Source: a virus (Duplodnaviria > Caudoviricetes). Taken from it: a DNA stretch of 64,000 nucleotides. The position numbers and the translations under genes are program-made. Below are positions 38,790 to 48,026 of this stretch, piece after piece. Position 1 is the first letter of the stretch, and each line of letters begins with the position of its first letter. The stretch covers positions 30,451-94,450 of IMG/VR virus record IMGVR_UViG_3300020049_013434; one strand, given 5' to 3'. The notes under the pieces were generated by a model. That model was not told the origin of the DNA. It saw only the letters and a list, made by a program, of their open reading frames with translations, and made no database searches.

Positions 38790-40009
38790 TAGCCGCCTCC
38801 GTTGACCATGATATGCGATTCCATGTAGGCTCTCGTGATTTCGACTGCCTCCCTACGGGTAAAGCCGTTGCGCATGAGCGACTCACGCATGATCCCCAGT
38901 GCCTCACACAGCAACTGGATACCGTCGTTCGCCAACTGCTTACGCTCCTCCAGGGTGGGCTCGCGAGTGGGCTCGTCGTCCTCTTCGTCACCACCCAGAT
39001 CCAACTTGTCCCAATCAATGTCATTTGCCATAACGCTTCCTTTCACTTGTTGTGTCTACACGAATGTCAGGCGGGAAAATGCTAAATAACGCTGCTGATA
39101 CTATTTGCGACCGCAACCAATGTAATCCACTCCAGAATGCGCAGATTCTTCTCGTAGGTCGTGTGGTTGTCCCAGGCTGACCCATGCTGCTCTAGGTGGT
39201 AGCTGATCTGACCAGTAGGCAGCTCTATGAAGGCGACGGGCCACTCCGGCTCTGCCGGGTCAATGCGAATGCCGGCGGAGAGTCCACACCGTCTCGCCAA
39301 AGCCATAGCCTCGTACACAAACAAGGTGCGGTTGTCGTAGTGAATTTTGTTTCCCGTCTCAAAAGCTAGTCCGTCATGATACTTCAACTCGATCAGCTTC
39401 CGCGCCAACTGAATTCTCGTCGTATCCATTTTCCCTCCGCCCTAAACAAAAGGGGCGATTCCCTCTCTCAAAGGAATGCCCCCTCTTTCGATACCGCCGC
39501 CACCAACGAACCGTATCTATCCGTATCGTCTACAGATTAGACTCATTTTACCAGATAATGCGCAGATAGTCAATTGGCAATCTGTCAACTGGGAAAACTA
39601 ATCTTCGTATAAGTCGTACTTCTCGCAAATCTTGTCCAATGCCACGTCGCCCTTGTATGTGCCAAAGCCGTTGTATGTGTTGACCTGGCGCCTATACTTC
39701 TGACCAGGTACGATCACACCCTTCTGCCGTCGCATTCTAACGATATCGCGGAGTTCTGCATAGGTAAACATGCCGTCCTCATAGCAGTTCATGATCAGCG
39801 AGTAGGCGTCACACTGGTGATTCTTGCGCGCTACGTGAACAGAGTCAGATATTATCCACATTGGTTACTCCTTATAGAACATAAACAATAGTGAGTATAT
39901 TATACTACTAGATTGGTCGAATGGGAAAAGGGTAAATGGGGAGATTGTGGTTGGAGGGGACGGCCTAGCATTCCCCGTCCGTCGTTAAGGATTATACAAA
40001 AATATTCCC

Positions 40010-40800
40010 GTGCACCCGTCACACGTCGCGCCCTACTTCCTACCCTATGCTAGTCTCCCTATCCATGCACCCCACCCTACCCTATGCCATACCATTACGT
40101 TACATTGTCTCTATCCACACGGCAACACGGCTACACGGCGACACGGCGCTATAGGTATGTCACCATTGCACGTTGCGCACACTATGATACATTGCGCTAT
40201 GTATACAGTGTTGCCTATACCATGCTCCTCCTGTTGCCCTACACACCACGCTACATATACACCTCTGCATACACCCGTATATAGGGCACGGCGCTAGGGC
40301 ACGGCGCTAGGGCACGCCATACACCCATATATATAGAGCATGACATACACCACTACACACTTGTACCATGCTATCCATACACCTATGCTATACCATGTAC
40401 ACCACACTATATATATATAGTGTGCTCTCTACCGTATACAATACACACCTGTACACTGTGCTCTATACACGAGTACACACTATACTACATATATAGTACC
40501 CTATGCAGTCATACCACTACACTGGTACACACCTATGCATACAGTACCATGATACAAGCTAGCTGTTTTCCAGTGTACAATCATAGCACTATATACTAGA
40601 CGAAGCACCGTGGTACGTTGTCAGTGTATGAATGTAGTATCATATAATAGCTACTTGTTTTGTGCACTGGTAGCTACCCACCGTTACACAACTACACCTG
40701 TATACACCTGTCTATGCACACCCCATACACCCTACTATGATACTAACATTTTATACGCTAGCGCCTAGTTTATGTCAGTATACCGGTGTACGGCACACGA
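40010..40800. repeat. Low-complexity purine-pyrimidine alternating tract with a 13-bp tandem repeat
   Basis: Dense in TACAC/TATAC/CTATG; TAGGGCACGGCGC x2.6 at 40282-40316; palindrome CACACTATATATATATAGTGTG at 40403-40424. Confidence 0.7.
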
Positions 40801-40825
40801 GTTTTACAAACCCTGTCAAAAGCCC

Positions 40826-40854
40826 TTGACACCGTGTATCACGTATGGTACCAT
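40826..40854 (+). promoter_or_regulatory. Strong sigma70 promoter opening the early arm
   Basis: TTGACA-17-TACCAT with extended -10 TG. Confidence 0.8.
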
Positions 40855-40860
40855 GTAGCT

Positions 40861-41490
40861 ACGAACGAAACAAAACGAATAGCCAAAAGCGAATATCCCC
40901 CCCGTCTGCGGGCACCTGCGTTAGTGGTGTAATAGGTCTATATGCTTAAGGCTATAGTTGCGCTAGTTGCGTATATCCAAATTTGCACCTAACCGTGCAT
41001 ACCACTTGACAGGTATATGTCATGTCGTTTCCGTACTTTTGCGCTATGCGCTGTAGTAGCACTTTTACAACATAGTCCTATGCGGTTTTCAAGCCGCAAT
41101 TACCCTGTCTAGCTATGCCTATGGAATTTCCTATATAGGCGGCGCTAGAAGTGGGTAAAAGTCAAGCTTGCACGTTTGCGAGTTGTGTTTAGGGAGTTTG
41201 CCCAACAAACAACCTATGATCGACTTGCGGCTGTTGCCATTAGTGCGCTTGGCGTGGGCAAATAACGCCAGATCACCGACCTATGCGGTTCGCATGGGTG
41301 GGCGGATAGTCTAGGCAGTAGGGCCACGATCCATAACTTGCTATAGTAGTATGCTATAGCCGTTGGGGAGCTATTGACTGCGTGATTTATCTAGTACACA
41401 AGATCTGGAAAGCATTACCATAGCATAGCTGTGCTATGTTATCTCAAACCAGGGTATAGGTGGTATATCCTCCTCCTACCTATACCATAC
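40861..41490 (+). ncRNA. Large structured non-coding RNA candidate
   Basis: No ORF of 60 aa or more over ~600 nt; many hairpins; long-range pairing of 40878-40900 with 41365-41375. Confidence 0.6.
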
Positions 41491-41540
41491 TTTGCGATAA
41501 TATATGTACGATACACACAATTTCTTTAGAGGATAAAGCT

Positions 41541-41837
41541 ATGTTTTCAGTCAAAAAAGATTGTATTGCCAAGTTTGTATCTGAACCTAAGTTGCCATTT
41601 GATTTTTACAAAATGCTTGGCTTGTCAGTGTTGGGATCAGCAATGTCTATCGCTTGTCCTTTCCTATCATTGCCATTCTACGTTTGGCAGTTTATCACCT
41701 ATATGTCACTGATTACTGCTTGGCTGATCTACAAATCTTGGCAAGTTGACGTAAAACTTCACCGTTACAACTTGCGTCAAATGCTGGAGTTTGCCCAAAA
41801 GCACCCAGATTACATTGCTAAGCTTATGGGGAAATAA
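41541..41837 (+). CDS. Small membrane protein
   Basis: GAGGA RBS; two TM segments. Confidence 0.6.
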   Translation: MFSVKKDCIAKFVSEPKLPFDFYKMLGLSVLGSAMSIACPFLSLPFYVWQFITYMSLITAWLIYKSWQVDVKLHRYNLRQMLEFAQKHPDYIAKLMGK

Positions 41838-41950
41838 TTGCTCCATACGTGGGGATAGGTGTAACTTCCTCCTATTACACTTATCCGTCTACGTTTGTAT
41901 CAATTTTGGTACAATCTATCTACGTCTGACTATTTTTCTGGAGAAAAACT

Positions 41951-43000
41951 ATGTCTACCCAAACTACAACCAAAGTTACTGCTATGGTCGGTCTGAACGC
42001 CTTCTACTATCGTGAGAATGCTCTTTCTGACTGGAAACCGCTTGACGCTGCCAAAGTGGGCGACTATGTCGCTATGGGCTATAAAGTCAAATTTCGTGGT
42101 GAGAAAGACGGTAAGCCCTTTGATAGCTATATGGGCAAAGAGCGCGAGATCAATTCTGTCAAGTCGTCTAATTACGACGAAAAGATCGGCAGCTTTGGTG
42201 TGAACTATGCCGATACCTATGAACTCAAGTTCGGCAAAACCTTGTCTAGTCGTAAGACGACGATCAATGTCTCCGGTCGCGATCTTCGTGCCAAGTTGCG
42301 TGATCTCTTTGCCAAGTCGAACAAAGGGTTTATTGTCAACGATATCGTCATTCGCCCGTCCGCCTTTGACGCAACCGACAACCGCAAGCAGGAAGTTGAT
42401 CCTATTGTCAACTCCACTCGCACCGATGAGCAAGTTGCTGCTGCTGGCGCTTGGCAAGTCACCGCTTACTTTGAAGGCACCTGGACTTGGTTCAAAGTGC
42501 AACGCAATGGCGTGGAAATGACTGACTATGCCCAGATCGGCGCTTACATTCCTGAGTGGGGCAAGCTTTTCAAAGAAACGTTTGACGGTCGCGGCTTGAA
42601 GTTTAGCGATAAGCGCAAGGCGTGGAAATTTGAGAAGGTCGTTTCTACCAGTGCTTTGACTGCCTTCTTTAGTCTGAAGTCGTCCGGCGCCCCTATGGGT
42701 GATACTGGCAAAGAGCAAGCTATCGTCAAGACTGAATCCGCTGCTTTGGGCGACTGTGCCACTCACGGCGACGTTGTGAGCAAGATCGAGTATGTTGATC
42801 CTGTCTATCAAAATCATGCACCGTTGCCAGTCAAGGAAGTTGCCACTGTCGCCGCTGAAGTTGCTCCTATCGCTACTCCTGAAATTTCCGTCAAAGAACA
42901 GATTGCGATTCTCTACCGCAAGCTTGACAATGTCCAAAGTGAAAAGCTGGCTGAAATGTATATGTCACAGATTGCCAAGCTTGAAGCTATCGCCGCCTAA
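41951..43000 (+). CDS. Hypothetical early protein (349 aa)
   Basis: GGAGA RBS; strongly biased codons; followed by a terminator. Confidence 0.75.
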   Translation: MSTQTTTKVTAMVGLNAFYYRENALSDWKPLDAAKVGDYVAMGYKVKFRGEKDGKPFDSYMGKEREINSVKSSNYDEKIGSFGVNYADTYELKFGKTLSSRKTTINVSGRDLRAKLRDLFAKSNKGFIVNDIVIRPSAFDATDNRKQEVDPIVNSTRTDEQVAAAGAWQVTAYFEGTWTWFKVQRNGVEMTDYAQIGAYIPEWGKLFKETFDGRGLKFSDKRKAWKFEKVVSTSALTAFFSLKSSGAPMGDTGKEQAIVKTESAALGDCATHGDVVSKIEYVDPVYQNHAPLPVKEVATVAAEVAPIATPEISVKEQIAILYRKLDNVQSEKLAEMYMSQIAKLEAIAA

Positions 43001-43037
43001 CTCCTTCCCTGCTCTTACAACCTAATCGTTAGTAAAG

Positions 43038-43073
43038 ACACCTACTAGGTTCACAGCCTGGTAGGTGTTTTTT
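43038..43073 (+). terminator. Intrinsic terminator
   Basis: ACACCTACTAGG...CCTGGTAGGTGT followed by a T-run. Confidence 0.75.
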
Positions 43074-43099
43074 GTTACCCAAAATTCTGGAGGTCTGCT

Positions 43100-43237
43100 A
43101 TGTATAAATTCGTCTTTTCCAACGGCCGTGTCATTGTCACCAACAATAAGCACTTACCCAAACGTCTGGGAATTTCGGTCAAGCTTGTCTTTATCCGCTC
43201 TTCCATTACCGGCAAATTCGTCAAGCTTGGCAACTGA
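43100..43237 (+). CDS. Small basic protein (45 aa)
   Basis: GGAGG RBS; MYKFVFSNGR...RSSITGKFVKLGN. Confidence 0.5.
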   Translation: MYKFVFSNGRVIVTNNKHLPKRLGISVKLVFIRSSITGKFVKLGN

Positions 43238-44263
43238 CAATTTTCTGCTCTACTGTGTATGTCCGCGCCTTGTTTATACTGGAGAAAATTCTATGTTAGC
43301 CTATCTACGCGCTGTTACTGTTATCGTGATATACTTTTGCGCAGTATATCAAATCACCTTGTCCGTTGGCGATATTCTCGAGGCTGCCCATGCCTTTATC
43401 AAGCGCCGGCTGTTTAAGCGCCCGTCTTACTACAGTCTGATCGTTATCAAAAAGTAGGTGACCTATGCCATTCCTCACGCTGTTTACACTATCGATTTTC
43501 GCCTCTATCGTCTCACGTCAAGCCTTCGCTGCCCTCACCATTATCCTATCCGTTTTTCTGTTCAATGCCTTCCTTGCCCTTGTGTGTGGCTCTATCGTGC
43601 TGAAAGTTGCTTTCTTGCTCATGTTCTTCTAGCCCTCGCGCGTATAGTTCCAAGCCACCGCTTTGACAACCTAAAAGAGATCGGATCTTGTTGGGCTAGG
43701 AGGTCCGATCTCTTGCAAAAATAAATAAATACATTTTTACTTTAGTGTCGTATCCTGTCTTAAATAGACGGCAAGCTTTTTGTGCAGAATAGAAAATCAA
43801 CTGCGCTTTTAGAAGTGTAGTCCATGACAAAGCCAAAGTTTTTCTTTTTTTTCTTTTCGCAAGAGATCGGCGCTTGGTCGCGCCTAAGACTTCCCTGCTC
43901 TTACTCCACCTCCTTTATCTCTAACTATGCAACAGCATAAAACTTGTAACAGCGTCCGCAGGCTCCAGTGCGCAGAAGAATCTCACACAACAGACTTTTT
44001 ACAACTGCTTTATCTTATAGAAGTTTTAATCTTCATAGTATGCATGGAGATCCTGTGATGCTGCGCCCATGCATGCGAACGTGAGGACGTGAGTGCGTGG
44101 GCATAAAGTTGGGTGACAGAGAGAACGACTTTGTCTCTCTTCACTCCTATGCACATACACCAACCTAATCATTTTGTTTTATCCTTCTCTTTAGAGAGAG
44201 GTTTAAATCTTTGAATTTATGCCCAAAATACACTGGAGCCGATTGTCTACTATATGGTGTATC

Positions 44264-44348
44264 ATAAAACGTTTGAATTTTATACTCACTCAATAATTCA
44301 AACGTTTTATTTTTCCTACTTGATAAGTTTGAATTATTATGATATACT
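44264..44348 (+). promoter_or_regulatory. 16-bp inverted repeat plus promoter upstream of the helicase (operator or origin)
   Basis: ATAAAACGTTTGAATT-N15-AATTCAAACGTTTTAT; TTTTCCTAC-TTGATA-17-TATACT. Confidence 0.6.
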
Positions 44349-44388
44349 GCATTCTACAGTGGGTGTTAATTTTTAGAAAGAGTATTCT

Positions 44389-45423
44389 ATGGCTATTAAC
44401 TGGCAAGAAACGACGGTGAAGGAAGCTATGTTAGATACAGACCCAACTGCTTACCTGATCGACGGCATTATAGAAGTCAATTCGCTTAACATGTTCTATG
44501 GGGCGCCGGCAACCGGCAAATCTTTACTGTTGCAGGATATGTGCGTCTGTGCTTCTGCTGGCTTACCTTGGTTGGCTGACGCGAATGGTAAGAACGGCTT
44601 TAAGACAACCCAGTGCGAAGTTGTGTGGCTAAACTTTGACGACAAACGCCAGCGCTTAAACAAACGTATCACTGCTCTAGTCAAAGGGCATGAGCAGGGC
44701 GGCGATATCGCGATTCACATGTTCTCGCCTGGTGAACATTTTGACCTATCTTCTATGGCAGCGACAGAGGACTTGATTGACTTTGTATCGTTCGCCAAGG
44801 GCGGTCTAATGGTAATCGATACACTTTCCTGTGTGACCGGTGAAACGGACGAAAATAGCGCTGCCATGAAGTTTGTCATGGCGAATCTGCGCTATATCTG
44901 CAATGTCAATCAAATGTCGATTATCCTATCGCACCACCAAACAAAGGGACGCAAAGAAGGGCGCTTGGGTGATAGTCTACGTGGTCACAGCAGCATTGAG
45001 GCGTCGCTCGATCTGGCAATCAACGTTAAAAAGATTACCAACGGCTCCCTGCTCACCCCAACTAAGGTGCGCGGCGAAGAGATTGCCTATGAAATTACTG
45101 CTCGATTTGACTATACAACAATTGAAGGCACGCGTGATATGGAAACAGCGCGCTTCTTTGGTTCAAGAACGGTAGAGCGCCATGTAAAATCAACCGTGAG
45201 CCTTGAGCGAGTCATGCTCGACATTCTGCGCGATTCTAGCAGCCCTATGAACGTAACAGACACCTTGAAAGCTACCTATGACTTCATGAAGAACCACGGC
45301 GAGAAGGTGAGTGAAGCCCAGGTCAGAAAGGAATACAATAGACTCCTGGCTAATAATGTCCTGATCAAGAACCCAACCAACGAACGCAATACCTACTATC
45401 TATCAATTCAGAAGGAGATTTGA
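44389..45423 (+). CDS. AAA_25/RepA-like SF4 helicase
   Basis: GAPATGKS, LMVIDT, DENS, HHQTKG, LRGHSS. Confidence 0.9.
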   Translation: MAINWQETTVKEAMLDTDPTAYLIDGIIEVNSLNMFYGAPATGKSLLLQDMCVCASAGLPWLADANGKNGFKTTQCEVVWLNFDDKRQRLNKRITALVKGHEQGGDIAIHMFSPGEHFDLSSMAATEDLIDFVSFAKGGLMVIDTLSCVTGETDENSAAMKFVMANLRYICNVNQMSIILSHHQTKGRKEGRLGDSLRGHSSIEASLDLAINVKKITNGSLLTPTKVRGEEIAYEITARFDYTTIEGTRDMETARFFGSRTVERHVKSTVSLERVMLDILRDSSSPMNVTDTLKATYDFMKNHGEKVSEAQVRKEYNRLLANNVLIKNPTNERNTYYLSIQKEI

Positions 45424-45807
45424 GCATGAAAACTATGGAAAGTATTCCCTTGAAAGACGTTGTCAACTATCAAGCGCCAACAAAACCAGAAGCCCTCCAG
45501 AAGCTTGGCGAAGCCGCACAAGACCTCGCCGCTGCCTATACTGAACACTACGGTAAACCGCCGTTTGAAATCACCTACATGTGCGATTTGTGCGAAGGCT
45601 CCAACTACGTTCTGGAAGAAGCTGCCATGCGCATGATTGACCGCTCCTGGCAATTCCTTATCCGCCACGAGTCATTCCTCGTGCGCAAAGAGCTGGCAAA
45701 AGTTATCGAAGTATCAATGGCGATCATTCACCGCAACTACTACGCCACAGCCAAGAAGAAGTAGAAATGGTGGGCTAAAGCCAGAAAGTGGTACGCCTAG
45801 CCCACCA

Positions 45808-45845
45808 TTTTCCCACTTGACACTTTTAGCTGCATACGGTAAAGT
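45808..45845 (+). promoter_or_regulatory. Early promoter
   Basis: TTTTCCCAC-TTGACA-17-TAAAGT. Confidence 0.75.
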
Positions 45846-47221
45846 ATGTGTATCCGTTTATGTTTAGAAGAAAGGAACGACAATGACAAACGATAAAGCG
45901 CTTGTGCTTATCAACGTGCCACATGCCCCATTCACGGAAGAGCCGCTTTTCCCCGACGAGGCATTTGTCTTTACCGACGAGAAAAGCCTGTCAATTTTCG
46001 TCAAGGCTCGCTATAAGGTGACTGATGAGCATGTGGCTGTGCTGTTGATCGAGCAAAATCTTCGCCTCCCTGGTAGATCAATTTTTCTCGATTACTGCTA
46101 CGTTAACCTGAAAAGATAGATAGAAAGGAATAGCCATGGATCTCTACGTTTATCCGATTCAGAATAATTTTGAGGTAGGCGATAAAGTGATTGACAAAAC
46201 GGCCGGCGCTAATGGTTGGCCCGACGTTCGCGGCGAAGTAATCGAAGTGGACGGTTCTCACGTTCATGTGCGCTATAACAGCGGAACCGAGCGCTGGAAA
46301 ATGCACATTCACCTTGAGTTAGAAAAGTAGAAAGGACTATCAAGTGAGCAAAGAAGAAAAGATACAGCAACTAGAGGGTTACAAGTCGCATATCTTCGAC
46401 GGTGAACGTTGGAAGAAAATCGCAGGTTACGAAGTGGGCGAAGACGGCATTCTCCTCAATGCGCCTTGCGCTTGCAGTCAATGTCAAGAGGAAGGTCTTC
46501 AGCCAGGGCATGTGTATTGCAGTAATGTTCCCGCCGAACTATTGCAAGCGCAGAAGGAAGATCGGATTGTCGCCAACCTAGACAACTCCGGTTGGTACTG
46601 GACAGTTGCGTAATTTAATCAAGCCGACCGCACCGGATTGTGCGGAGAAAGAACAATCATCATGATGAGTGAAGTTGTAACCTACACAGTCGCTTACAGC
46701 ATCGGGATAACACCCGATAACCCAACAGGGATGCATATTTAGGAGGTTGTCATGTTCGACGAATTGTTGGCTCGCTTAGGTCGTCGCGGTGTAGAATGTA
46801 TCAAGCGCTGGAGCACTCGCCAGCCAATTGAGACGGTGCAAGTCGAAGTAATTGCCGTCCTGGCTTACTGTGCAGAGCATGGCGCTAGCAAACTTAGCGA
46901 GGCTTGGTCAATGGACCAATTCATGTTCTGGATGGCGCTGAGCCCCGCTGACGTGTTTGTGTACGAATATGTGATTGACCGACATTTGCAGGAGGCATAA
47001 TGGAACAAGACGCCATGTCATTGCTGTACGAGGAGAGTGGCGAAATCACAATCGTCGCCATTTCATTCTTCACGGAAAACCTGATCAACTACGCCAAAGA
47101 TAACTTCGACGTGACACCTGAGCAATTAGAGGAGCTGGAAGTCTATTTCACTGTAGAAATCAACAGCTTCACCAGTCTGCACATTCACACCGCACCGTTT
47201 GTCTAGTTTTTTTTCTTAGTA

Positions 47222-47259
47222 TTTTCCCGATTGACAACAATGATAGTATATGATAGTAT
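47222..47259 (+). promoter_or_regulatory. Early promoter
   Basis: TTTTCCCGA-TTGACA-17-TAGTAT. Confidence 0.75.
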
Positions 47260-47549
47260 AGTTTTCATGTACTACCAACCGTGGTTGTGCATGAATCGTT
47301 TGTACACAATGAGGAGGATGTATGGCAAAGAACACTAATTACGACATACTGGACGAGATCTTGAAGAAAGCCGACGACGGCGAAGAGCTCACTACCGAAG
47401 AATTCGCTATCGCCAACGACAGTTTTCGCCGGCAGGACGCAGAGATAAAGCGATTGCTCGACGAAAAGCGCGACTCTGACGCAAAGAAATACTCGAAATG
47501 GTAGTGTCCTAGCTTGTGAACTGGTAGTATAGTTTTCATGTACTACCAA
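47254..47549 (+). repeat. 25-bp direct repeat flanking a 60-aa gene
   Basis: TAGTATAGTTTTCATGTACTACCAA at 47254-47278 and 47525-47549. Confidence 0.85.
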
Positions 47550-47932
47550 TTCACAAAAGAAAGGATCATAGTGAGAAATAGCAATGGTGAAGATAACCCT
47601 GGCTGTCTATGGTATGTGTTGTTTATATTTCTCATGTTCGCAATTCCTTATATCCCAGGAGCGAATCAGGATCGCCGTGAGCACCCGACCAGAATCGTTC
47701 CTACTCCAACTGCACCAAGTAGCAGATTGACCACTGAGGACTGCGAGAGAATACAGGAAGAAGAGCTAGAAGACGCCTGCTGGGACGCAATCGACGATCT
47801 TGAGCGCTCTGATAGAGATTATTATGAGGACGCGTATGACATAGACGACTATGCTGATTTCGAGGAGCCGAACGAGGATAATTTTGATCAGAGATACGTA
47901 GAGCCATAGCGATAAAACATTTCGTGCGAAGG

Positions 47933-48026
47933 CATTAGTTTTCAGTCGTGCAGGGCAGTGGAGGCTGCCCGCTACCGTAGAGTCGGTGGGGCGCTCGTGA
48001 GAGGGCGTCGGCGTGAAAGCTAAGTG
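47933..48026 (+). ncRNA. Cloverleaf-like structured intergenic RNA element
   Basis: Closing stem TTAGTTTTCA/TGAAAGCTAA around three GC-rich hairpins. Confidence 0.45.

Noticed and set aside
40010-40297. His/Tyr/Thr-rich ORFs in the low-complexity tract
   Set aside because: Compositional artefacts with no RBS
40282-40316. Possible CRISPR mini-array
   Set aside because: 13-bp tandem repeat with no spacers; no repeat-spacer array or cas genes seen in the window
40403-40424. Self-target for the TnpB guide
   Set aside because: Only about 8 nt match the guide and the TTAT TAM is absent
41930-42937. 335-aa minus-strand ORF
   Set aside because: Antisense shadow of 41951-43000, which has the RBS, codon bias and terminator
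47933-48026. Canonical tRNA
   Set aside because: No T-loop TTCRA, D-loop pattern or acceptor/CCA end; kept only as a structured element
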